A stretch of 64,000 bases of DNA from Lingula anatina (taxonomy: Eukaryota > Animalia > Brachiopoda). The position numbers and the translations under genes are program-made. The stretch covers positions 19,282,001 to 19,346,000 of the forward strand of contig CM120642.1 of NCBI GenBank assembly GCA_051362555.1, given 5' to 3'. Within the stretch, counting starts at the first letter, position 1; every line of letters starts with the position of its first letter. Under the pieces are notes generated by a model that did no database searches, was not told the origin of the DNA, and worked only from the letters and a program-made list of their open reading frames with translations. Shown piece by piece: positions 38,460-49,899 of this stretch.

Positions 38460-40491
38460 TTACAGACGATAACTTGGGAAATAAGGAGATCAATATATCG
38501 CTGTTAATGGTTGTCTAATGACTTACAAGTAGAATAGGCAATGTATTTTTGTTTGCTTCACTGGCGAATTCAATTAATAAACAGACGTCACAATAACATC
38601 AAGGAGATGATTAAAAGTTATTAAAACACGATTTTAATCTTTATCGTCATTTATTAGTCAGCAAAATAGGAAAAAACTGACGAAAAACGATCTAGATATA
38701 AATATTCCACATAAAATGTCAGGTCTGTTGTTAAACATCGAAATAAACGATAAATAGTACCAAGTTATAAATAAATTTAGTGTCCAGTCAAACAATAATA
38801 AATGTTAAAACGTTTTTAACTTAAATTTGCCAGGAGTCTAACTGATTTACAAGTGTTTTTACGACCACGAATTTGTAGAGTGAGGTTGCCATGCCATGGG
38901 ATTTTGATTTGGCGTACCTTGCATCAAAATATGCTAATAAACCACGTGATATCATGTTACGATTCTGAGTATATATTAGCTTAAAGGCGCTTATCAATAA
39001 AACATTGCATGTATATATATATTAAGATTTCAAATCAAGTATATCTGTGTAATGTTTTCCCCGGTTATGTGGGTTAAGAGAAGCTCTGAATTAAGTTAAC
39101 ATATTTATCTTTATTCTATTTTACTTTCTTTATTCTAATCTATGCATTTGTTACTCAGAAAAAGGAAGACTGATTAAACATTTTACATAACATTTCAGGC
39201 GTGTCATCTGAATTTAGATGATCTAAACTGAATATATATTAGAAAAAAAATAATGTAAAAAAAAAAAAACCTGCAGCACCAGAGTCTTTTTTCTTTTTGG
39301 GCCCTACCAATTATTCGACTGGAAAATGGGTACATGTAGCTAGATAAATAATCTGGGAATCATTTGCAATTCTTTCAAGAGAGTTTAGCTGATTGAAAAA
39401 TATTTTCATTTTACAAGTATGGCCTGTATCTTGGTTTCAGAATTCTAAATATTGACATATTTATAAAGGCCTACAGATAACGTTCATAACTCTTACCTGT
39501 GTTTGAGCAAGAGTTCTTTGCCGTCATGAAGAGGAATCACCGACCATTCAACTGCAAATTTTACCTTGGTCCAATTGTTTTCCCTTGAATGCTTCCCTTC
39601 CACTGGTTCAAAGTCGAAAACACCCTGCATTTATATTGAGACCCAAAGATCTATCCCATAAAGATAAAACAGTCTAAGGGCCAACCAATGCAATGCATGT
39701 CAAATCTTGCCGTGCGTGTTGTTTTTATGACATGTGGTTGATTTGCTTTTAATGCCATTATGGTTATCAATAATTTGTTTTTCGTTCTACAGTGTTAATT
39801 AGATCACGGAGGTCCTAAATCACAGGGGAGGGCCTTTTGACCTCATTTAATTCGAAATGTGTTTTCGGGTGTGAACGCGCGCTTATTGAAAATCAGTCAT
39901 GAGGCGACATTTAGATAAAACATGCCCCCCCCCCCCAAAAAAAAAAAAAAAATGTAACTGCATTTTGGACTCTATAATGTTTGAGAAGAGTACCAATAAA
40001 ATCTTTGCTTTCCAGAGATAAAATACTAACCATAATTATACCGGTATGTTTTACAACATATTTCCCCTGGGTGCGGCATTATTTATCAAACAATGATATT
40101 TTGGTAGCTATATAACAGAAACTATTCGATACATGAAAGAAACACTTCATTACGCATTGCTTGAAAGCTATGTACAACATTTTTTCTTTGCCCATCTAGG
40201 CAGTTTTAGAACACAGCTTTATTTTAAAGTAAGTCCTAATATTCCAGTTCGCTTATCTCATCGTGGAAACGTATTTCTTCCAAAAAGATTTGCATTTTAC
40301 TTCCAATATACACATCTGTGTGCCATATATTGATATAATTTCCCATCCCCTGAACACAAAAGTTACCTGGAGAGGTACGTAGAAACTTCATTCTTTTGTC
40401 AGGGGGGAGGGGGCAAGTTGAAGTACTGAGTCATTGATACTGATGCACTAAACAAAGCAGGAGGTAGGGAGCGGTACAGTTAGAGATCAGA

Positions 40492-41671
40492 CAGGTGTCA
40501 AGCAACACTACCATTCTAGGGTCCGGCGGACCCGGTGTTTTAAAACTGAGAGTCCGGCGGACTCCCTGTCTCGAAATAACGGGTCCCGGACTCTACGTTC
40601 TGAAATGTAGAGTTCCCCTAGACACTCCAATTCAGTACGGAAAGTCCTAGGACCCTACGTTTAATACTGAAAGTCTGCATTGAAGAGCAATAATGGAATC
40701 TCACACTTAAAACATGCAATTTAAAATGACATTGATCATGATGTTAACTGATATGGAGGGAAGAATTATTAGGATTAAAGGTAAAATAAACATTATTAAC
40801 CTCTGTTAAAGTGTAAGGCGTAGTATAAATGTGCATTGTTCGCATTTCATAAACTTTAATTTGCAGGATTATCTCTTGTATGCAATTGAGAAAGAACATC
40901 ACTTAAGAAATATAAATTTATTCAGAATATATAAGTGTCTTTGGTGAACTTTGGTGAATTTTTTTACCAAAAAAGTTTATTTTATTAATCAGTATAGTAA
41001 TTGTTTTTTCTCCTCATTGTCCGTTGTCACCCGCATTTCCATCATCATGCAAACTTGATAAAACATCTGTGCCAGTGCTTCGTCTAAAATGAGAAAAATA
41101 TAATCCATAGTTTCACATTATAAATATATATTTAAAGTACATGTAGATTTCAAATCCTTTCTTGTTGTTACAATCTTGCTTTATTGATGTCCATATAATA
41201 CACAATGGAAAAAAACTTTAATTAAAATTTCTATTGTTATTGAGAAACATGGAATACATTCCTTTTGGGTTGAGTCCATTTTAATTTTGGGTATGCAACT
41301 TGAATTAAAACTTTATATGAATTGTTAAACAAAATTAAATGAGTACATTTTCAATTACACTCCATAAGCATATATATTTAATAACTAATTAATTTCGTCA
41401 GTTTCCAGAAAATACATATTTTGCACAATTTGGCATTGATGCACTGTATAACACTAACTGTCACACATTTATGAGTGGTAGTCATTGTAGCCTAAGTCAC
41501 GCGTATAGTCTAAAGAAAAGAAACGTTTTGCACAGTTTAGCATCGATTCATTGTGTACCACTAGCTTACACACATGTACATGTACGAGTGGTATTCAAAT
41601 GCGTATATATAGTCCAAAGCATCACAATGCAATGGGATATGGGTGAAATATATTTTAAGTAAGTCCAATCA

Positions 41672-41703
<32 letters not shown>

Positions 41704-42298
41704 AGATACGAAATGTGATCAAAAGTGAGTATAACACATTATATTGCGGAATGAAACACAATAAATTGACATTAAGTTGAATATTTAACTATAAATTTAA
41801 AAAACAACAGTGAAAATAGAGGCTTTATAATGGCAACTGCAGTGTGGGACTCGAAGCAAGATATTGTTAAATTACTATACTTCCCTGTGATTGGATACCA
41901 TAGTAGGGTCATCACCAGTGTCGCTGTCCACTACACCACCACGTCGTTGTGCAAACCACCGCCGTTCTGTTATATTATTTTTACTTGCATCAAGGATTTG
42001 CTTTATTATAATTCTATTATACCAAGATTATCAATATAAAGCGCTTTTACTGAATATCTACTGTTCTACAGTAGGACCCTAGCTATTAGACCCAGTTCTT
42101 CTGTATGACGGGCGGACTCTGTGTTTCGTGATAGCTGTCATGAAACGTAGGGTCCAGTTAAATGCAGGGTCCGCTGGACCCTGTATATTATATCCAATTA
42201 CCATGATACAGAGTCCGGGACCCGTTATTTCAGAAACCAGGGGTCCTACGTACCCCTGGTTTCTGAAATAACGGGTCCCGGACTTTCTGTCATGGGGG
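40492..42298. mobile_element. ~1.8-kb insertion with GGGTCC/GGACCC subterminal repeats (hAT-like, uncertain)
   Basis: Absent from unit A (~18023). Clustered GGGTCC(C)GG motifs at both ends around an AT-rich core. The flanks GACAGGTG and GACCGGTG could be a degenerate 8-bp TSD. Confidence 0.6.
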
Positions 42299-45200
42299 AC
42301 CGGTGACGGTAAGACATAAAGACTCGGGCAAGGTGGAGGAGGAAGTGGTGGTTTTGCAGAGGGGCTTGGCAAAGAAAGCGCTTTTAAATTGACCGGTTTT
42401 AAAGATAATAAAGTAAATTAAACAGTCTGTATGATGACGTCGATTTATATTTAAATTTTTTAAAGGTCGCAATTTTTTGTACAATATTATTTTTAAAAAA
42501 ATTAATAGCTTAAATGTTGATACAAAATATGTTTCTCTTTCGTCATTTGGTTTTAACAATTTATTTAACTTTTAAATGTTAAATCATTAAACTTTCTTAT
42601 ACAAGAATACAATTCGTCTAGCCTTTTTAACAGTGGTCTCCAAGTCAGTAAGCTGTTGAATTCGACACCCGACAGTCTAAAATCGGTAACTTGCTTTACT
42701 ATTCTTCAGGTATTTGATCGGTGATGTCTGATTTACTTGTTATTATTTCCTACGGTTTTTATCAAATTTCAAACATCTAGTGTTGCAACCAATGCATGGT
42801 TTTACGTGTTTCACATTTTTGTACAAGTTTAATATCGACTAGCACAACAACGTTTCTCTTTTGCTGTACTTCTACGCGTAGCAACAGGCCCCTTGGTATT
42901 TGCTCAAAATTCCGACTAAAATAAAAAGGCAAAACATTTCAAAGGATGTAAAGGTACTTGACTTAACATAATAATAAAAATAATGTCATTAATATGATTG
43001 TCAGATATCATCTGCAAAAAGTAAATTTTTATCTTGGTCCAATCGTTTTCATTTTCCTCCTTGGTTCAAAGTGGAAAACTATGTATTTTACTTAGACTCA
43101 AAGATCTGTCCCATAATGACAAAGCAGTTACACTGACCAACCATTGTAATGCATGTCAAACTGAGGATGCATTGGCATACGTGTCACACCTTAAAAATTG
43201 CTTTTTCGTGATGTGGCTTTATTTCCTTTCAGATGTCTTTGTGTTTATCAGTGATTACTTTTTTGTCATTATTCACTGATAGTTAAATCAAGTAGGAACC
43301 TACCTATTTAGCATGTGATTCTGATCTTGTTAAATTCGAAGTTTGTTTTTTTGTGTGCGTGTGTGTGTGTGGGCGCATGTTTGTTCAAATACTGCCATGA
43401 TCCAACATTGATTTAGATATAACTTGTCCCCTCAAACATTTTATTTCTATAAGCTGCGCTTTTGGACTATGATGTTTGAGAAGAGTACCAATAAAATATT
43501 TGGGTACTAAACATGAAAACTTAAATTAAACTTCAAGGATCATCCACCTTTTATTTCAATCATAGTTAAACATGAAGGAATCGAATTTAATGTGTTGAAA
43601 TATTCATTCAAAAGACAATTAGGAAAAGGACAGGAGTATATTTATTGGCGTCCCTCTCCTCCATCACTTCCTGTGCTCTATACTCACAAAGTTACAAAGT
43701 TAGTCCCGCCATTTCAGAAATTTTAAATAAATATTGTTATCTAAATACATACTTGTGGGCTTCCTTGACAAGGTCATAATTGAATCAAACAACTCTTATT
43801 GTTATTCCAAACATAACACAATTTGGACTTTGCTTCCTTTTAGTTTAAATTGTATTTTATTCCCTTAGGCAGCAGTTATTTCGACCAATATACATTTACT
43901 AGCTTCTGTGGCAACAACTCATGTATAAGAATATACGTGTACATTTGTACGCCTATCTGCTTATGGATATGCGTGGCTAAGAACGTGCTTGATTTTATAC
44001 CAGTGTACTTTTCAATTTTAAATAATGACGTTTCACTAATTTTTCAATACAAAAACACTTTTTGAGTTTGAATATGCTTCGGGCAATTGATTGGTGATGT
44101 TGGAGTTACCTGCTTTTATTTGATATGGATTTAATCAAATGCCAAACATCTAATGCTCTTACCATGGTATTACGTGTTTTAAAAGTTTGATTTCCATTAG
44201 CAAAAAAGTTAAAGTCTATCTTGGTCCAATCGCTTTTATTTTCTTCCACCGCTTCACAGTCGAGGACACCCTGCATTTTTATTTAGACATAAAAATCTAT
44301 CCCATAATAATGAAACAGTCACACTGGCCAATTCTTGCAATGAATGTCCAATCAAGGACGTTTGGCATACGTGCAACACCTTATGGTTTGGCTTTTTTTG
44401 TGTTTATCAGTACTTTTTTTTCGTCAATTCTTTGGTGGTAGTTAGACCACGCAGGAACGCATCTTACAGCTGATTTTGATCTCGTTAATTTCGAATAGTG
44501 CATTATTCCAGAAGTATAACAATTTGGACTTTTTTTTAATTTTATTTTATTCCCTTACACTGTAGTCATTTTTTATCAGTACACATTTATTAGCTTTTGT
44601 GGCAACATCTAATTTACAAGTATATAGGTCTTTCTACTACTAGATATATGTGGTTTGATTTACACTGTACATATCATTTTCAAGAACGTTTAGTTTCAAT
44701 TTTAATGCAAAAACGCTTTTTTTTTGAGTTTGAATATGCTCCAGGCATTACATCGGTGATGTCTAAATTATCGACTACCATTTCATACGGTTTTCATCAG
44801 GTCAGACATCTAAAGCTGAGGTTACTTTTTTTTTCTTTTGAAGTACGTCTACGCGCAGACACAAGGACCCATAGTATTTGCTTAAAATCCCAAGTAAAAG
44901 TAACAAGAAAAATCATTCCAAAGCATATAAGGGTACTTAACTAAACATATTACAAAAAATTCCAAATGTTTTCAATGGTAAGGAATGTGTAGTATGATGG
45001 TCAGCTGTCTTCCTCAAAAAGTTAAATTATATCTGGTCTAGTCGTTTTCATTCTCTTACATTGGCCCAAAGTCGAGAACTCCCTGCATTTTATTAAGACT
45101 TAAAGCTCCCTTCCATAATAATCAAACAGTCACACTTGTCAGCCTTTGCAATGTGTATTAAGTCAAGGACGGTTTGGCATACGTGTTACGCCTTCGAGAT

Positions 45201-46031
45201 TGGTTTTTCGTGATGTCCCTTATTTCCTTTCACATGCCTTTGTGTTTATCACTAATTAAATTGCCGTCATTATATAGTGCTAGTTAGATCACGAAGGGGC
45301 CTATAAAAAAGGTGATTTTAAACTCGTTATATTCCAAATGTGTGTGCGTGTGTGTGTGTGTGTGTGTGCGATTGTTTCTTTTTCAAAATCTGGCATGAAC
45401 CAACATTGATTTTGATAAAACGTGTCCCCTAAAACGTTATTTCTATAAGCTGCGATTTTGGACTGTGATGTTTGAGAAGCGTGCCAATAAAAATTGCGTA
45501 CCAAACATGAACACTTCAAGGGAATATTAAACTCTAATTTCAATCATAGATTGTTTGTTTATTTGTTTGTTTGTTTGTCTGTCTGTGTGTTTATTTGTCT
45601 GTCTGTCTGTCTGTCTGTCTCTCTGTTTGCTTGTTTGTCTGTCTGTCTATCTGTCTGTTTGTCTGTCTGCCAGTTTGTCTGTTTTTTTGTCTGTTTGTTT
45701 GCTTGTTTTTGAGGGAGGGGTATCTTTGGCTACGAACGCCTTTTTTATTGTTTTTTTTTTTAAGTCTTATTTATTTTTCTTGTGTATTAAATTATTTATA
45801 ACTTCTTTTTGTTTTTGAAAATCTTGTCTGTTTGATTTTCAGTCTCGTCTCATCTTATAGGTAATAATGCGCTTGCACTGAAGTTTGTTCTAGTGCATTA
45901 TGATCACAGAAAAAGAAGCAAACAGACAGACAGACAGACAGACAAATAAACAGACAAACAGACAGACAAACAAACAAACAAATAAACAAACAATCCACCC
46001 ACAATCCACCCATCGATGGAAACTGTCAGTC

Positions 46032-46586
46032 TGGTGTAAAATACCACTTTGGGTATTTTATGATTGATATAAATAATTAATTAAAATAATATTCATATCC
46101 TAAGATAAGCTTAGCAGGGGGCAGTCACTAGACATTCGGGAATGATCGTGACCGGGGCACATGGCACGAGATAAAATTTAGAAATGCCTTTGAAGGCTAG
46201 GGCGGATAATGGTGATCCAGGAAACACGGTGACTGAGTTGGGGCAAAGCCTGAGACAAAAGGACTGCGCTCAGTCAAGTGTTATTTCTTCCTGGTTATTA
46301 AAATTCCTGAATGATCTATAAAGGCTGCCCCGTTTTAAGGTGAAATCATATCGTATTTTGGCTCTGGCGATATCATTATACATTTTGGACTGACAGTTAC
46401 TATGTAGAAGAAACCTCTGTATATTTTCCAAAAGACAGTATTAAATTTCCACTTGCATCAAATGAGAATCTTGTTCGTTTTACTGGATCAGCTGGGCGCA
46501 CAACACTAAGGCCCAAGAACCGGCGCGTTATCTAACGTGACATTATTCTCTCGTAAAGTCTAACCGACGAAGATTGAGACTTAACA
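46032..46586 (+). repeat. 5' LTR
   Basis: Begins TGGTGTAAAATACC and ends GAGACTTAACA, followed by AT and then TGGCG. Contains a TATAAA motif (~46317). Confidence 0.9.
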
Positions 46587-46588
46587 AT

Positions 46589-46607
46589 TGGCGAGCTCTT
46601 TTCAGGA
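46589..46607 (+). promoter_or_regulatory. Primer-binding site (tRNA 3'-end complement, Arg-type by partial resemblance)
   Basis: TGGCGAGCTCTTTTCAGGA lies 2 nt after the LTR-terminal ACA; the TGG start complements tRNA CCA. The tRNA assignment is tentative. Confidence 0.65.
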
Positions 46608-46631
46608 CTTAATTTTTAGCGATCTAACGAA

Positions 46632-47663
46632 ATGAATCCAGATTCTCTTCAGCAGCTGTCCGCCGGAGTTGCAGCTTTGGCAAAAACAACGGTGCAGGCG
46701 CACCAGGAAGATGGACAGTGGAGAAATTTAATGCAGGAAAGATGGCGAGCGGAAGATGCTCGAAATGCGAGGATGGAACGCATGAAAATAGAGGGTGAGC
46801 ACCAGACAAAATTGGACGTACTGTGCAGGGCTATTAAACCCTGTGATGGGTCCATTCCGGACGACACGAGAGACTGGATTGACCAAATTGAACGAACAAT
46901 TCCCCGGACGGAGGAAATTGAACACGCCACAATTAAACTGGCACTGCAGACGGCACAAGGGTCAATGGCAGGTGAGATAGATTATTTCTTAAATCAACAG
47001 CCAGAGTATTTTGGAACGGATTGGACGGTGCTACGAAACCATATTCGACGGGTCTTTCTTTCCGCCGATGAAACTAGTTGTATTCGAGCCGAATTGGAAC
47101 GAATAAAACAATCACAATTTGAGAACACGGCATCCTATAATCGTCGCTTTAGAGACGTGGCGCGTAATGCATACCCACTTCCACGATCCGAGGAAGCGGA
47201 ACGCCTGTTAATTAAGGCTTATACGCGGGGTCTGCATGAGATTCGCCTCGCTAGAGACATGATACGGAAGGGACGACCGTCGACGTTGCAAGAAGCTATG
47301 AGATACGTGGACAATGAAGAGGTGGGTGATCTCCTATTCCAGACCGTCTACGGAGACCGAAATAGCAACACTCAACGCCGCATAGAGGAGCCAATGGAAA
47401 TCGGGGCGACACAACCTGTGGATCAAGTACCACGATGGGCTACAGAACTAAAAGAGTCGATCTTATCGGCGTTGAAAAGCGCCGCTCAACGCGAGCCACC
47501 GATGACGTCATCCAACACAAGACAGCACCCACGCAAACCGCCACAATCGTCTAAGGACAGTAAGGGATGGACGGCAGACGGACAGATAAAATGTTTTCAT
47601 TGTGGTAAAGTAGGCCATGTAAAGGCAGAATGTTACCAACTCAAAGCTTTATGTAAGAAATAG
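46632..47663 (+). CDS. gag: Retrotransposon Gag (capsid plus CCHC zinc knuckle), 343 aa, intact
   Basis: Uninterrupted GC-richer ORF just after the PBS, with Gypsy capsid-like segments (PCDGS..RDWIDQIE, LERIKQSQFENTASYNRRF), EEPMEIG, and CFHCGKVGHVKAEC (CX2CX4HX4C). Confidence 0.92.
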   Translation: MNPDSLQQLSAGVAALAKTTVQAHQEDGQWRNLMQERWRAEDARNARMERMKIEGEHQTKLDVLCRAIKPCDGSIPDDTRDWIDQIERTIPRTEEIEHATIKLALQTAQGSMAGEIDYFLNQQPEYFGTDWTVLRNHIRRVFLSADETSCIRAELERIKQSQFENTASYNRRFRDVARNAYPLPRSEEAERLLIKAYTRGLHEIRLARDMIRKGRPSTLQEAMRYVDNEEVGDLLFQTVYGDRNSNTQRRIEEPMEIGATQPVDQVPRWATELKESILSALKSAAQREPPMTSSNTRQHPRKPPQSSKDSKGWTADGQIKCFHCGKVGHVKAECYQLKALCKK

Positions 47664-47717
47664 CAACCTTTTGAACTAGTTGAACTAGTTCAAGCCGAGA
47701 GGAGTAAGAAGGCTCGT

Positions 47718-47854
47718 ATGGGGGTTAGTGTATCTTTAAACGGGGAAACTTGCTTAGCATTAGTTGACACGGGCGCTAGTACCTCTCTGCTTTATTACTC
47801 TGTGTTTAAGAAATTATGTGCGATGACTGGTAGACTAGACATATATGTAAATTA
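47718..47854 (+). pseudogene. Aspartic protease N-terminal fragment (start of deleted pol)
   Basis: Translates MGVSVSLNGETCLALVDTGASTSLLYYSVFKKL with the retropepsin DTG motif. No RT, RNase H or integrase follows. Confidence 0.8.
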
Positions 47855-47886
47855 GTAAAAAAGTACACAATCCGTCATTAGTATGA

Positions 47887-48825
47887 CAGATCACTTACAG
47901 TGGTAGGAACAGCTCAATAGAATTATGCTCCAGGGCCTTAATCACCGGGCAGGTGAAACATAGGCGGGCATGCGAAATAGAATTAACTAGGTATGTACAG
48001 TCGCAGGCAGTAGAGTTAGCATTAGGGGATTACGCGCTTACCACTTCGGGGGAAACAACATATACACGGTGTCCACGGTCACCTGCTGTGTCACATACCC
48101 TATGGCCAGGGGTTTACATGATACATGTAGGTGACGGCTGTTCCGTAACGGCCACCAACTTCACACTACCGGGTTTAAAACGACGGATGGGCAAAGTAAG
48201 CGTTAAGGCACTCATGGTAAATGATATAAAACCTTTGCAGGTACAAAATATTATTCCGGCTAGCGTAGCTTTGCACATCATGAAACCTGACGAATTAACA
48301 CCTTTACAACCAGTTAAACGTATATTGCTCACTCCGATAAGCGATGAACCGAATCCCTTTTCGATATTTTTTGCTAACAAATTTAGGCGATAATTAGTAA
48401 TTGGAACAACCACTGGTTCCCTCCTTGTGATTGGGGTGAGTCTGATGGTAATATGTGGGTATCGGCGATGTAAGTGGCGGGAAATAATTAAAAAACGCCA
48501 TCACGTCAATAAAAGGAAATTAGAAAGGTCTAGTGGACCTAATGAGGAATGTGATAACGCTTTATATGAACCCATGTCAACTGATCTTGAGTTAAGTCAT
48601 ATTTCAGCACCGGACAGCCCTGCTCATCAGCGTACGGTAACAGCCAATAGTACTAACGACTGTGAGACCATCACTTATATCCCGGTGGAGCTAACAGCAA
48701 CCTCGGATACGCTGACGGTTCAAGGACCTGAAGCGCAGGCGCTGAAGGCCCAAGAACAACTAGCGTTGAACGAGTCGCTTCCTGCACCTCCGTTGCATAT
48801 GCTGATGGAACAACACGCGATGTAA
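47887..48825 (+). pseudogene. env-like (fusion glycoprotein) C-terminal remnant with TM helix and cytoplasmic tail
   Basis: One frame across ORFs 47953..48393 and 48427..48825, interrupted by TAA at 48391. It has a Cys-spaced ectodomain (ELCSRALITGQVKHRRACEI; RCPRS..GVYMIHVGDGCSVTATNFTL), a hydrophobic stretch LVIGTTTGSLLVIGVSLMVICGY, then a basic RRCKWREIIKKR. It lies between pol and the 3' LTR. Confidence 0.65.
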
Positions 48826-49349
48826 GGGTCTGGTTTAGGCAGGGGGTTTACCTTTTGAGATTTTGATTGGTATAAGGTAATACCGTGCAGTAATTTGTCA
48901 ATTAACAGTGAAAGTTTCATTGATGATATGATCACGAAACGGAGATGCACTATTGGTGCATATATCTTAGTATTGAATTAGTATTACTACAATTCAAGGG
49001 TATACAACTGTTTGTTACTTTAATACATTTTATATATGGTTCTATGTTTATTACTTAAGGTTAAGGTGTATACTTATCTAAACGTATTATTATGTACATC
49101 ATGCGATAAATAAGAAGCTATCACGTACACTCTATGATGTCATTTGCTGATGTTTTATGTTCATATAACCTTAATATAATAATATTATGATAATATTGGG
49201 TGTTATGGTAAGAAAATCTAATTGTATTTCATGTTAACATTTGGTAAGATGGGTACTTAATAGGATAGATTTTAAAAAAACGGACATTAGCATATTATTT
49301 TAATTCCTCATAGTTGAAATGCAAGCATTTCAACCGGTGGGTAATATAG

Positions 49350-49899
49350 TGGTGTAAAATACCACTTTGGGTATTTTATGATTGATATAAATAATTAATT
49401 AAAATAATATTCATATCCTAAGATAAGCTTAGCAGGGGGCAGTCACTAGACATTCGGGAATGATCGTGACCGGGGCACATGGCACGAGATAAAATTTAGA
49501 AATGCCTTTGAAGGCTAGGGCGGATAATGGTGATCCAGGAAACACGGTGACTGAGTTGGGGCAAAGCCTGAGACAAAAGGACTGCGCTCAGTCAAGTGTT
49601 ATTTCTTCCTGGTTATTAAAATTCCTGAATGATCTATAAAGGCTGCCCTGTTTTAAGGTGAAATCATATCGTATTTTGGCTCTGGCGATATCATTATACA
49701 TTTTGGACTGACAGTTACTATGTAGAAGAAACCTCTGTATATTTTCCAAAAGACAGTATTAAATTTCCACTTGCATCAAATGAGAATCTTGTTCGTTTTA
49801 CTGGATCAGCTGGGCGCACAACACTAAGGCCCAAGAACCGGCGCGTTATCTAACGTGACATTATTCTCTCGTAAAGTCTAACCGACGAAGATTGAGACA
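49350..49899 (+). repeat. 3' LTR
   Basis: Copy of the 5' LTR (GCCCCG vs GCCCTG is the only difference I saw); ends GAGACA. Confidence 0.9.

Larger units (their letters stand above)
46032..49899 (+). mobile_element. Ty3/Gypsy LTR retrotransposon, internally deleted (LTR-PBS-gag-protease fragment-env fragment-LTR)
   Basis: Direct repeats at 46032-46580 and 49350-49898, with one mismatch seen. PBS-like TGGCGAGC at 46589, gag with a CCHC knuckle, and protease motif LVDTGAS. The element is absent from the paralogous site at ~22024. Confidence 0.93.
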
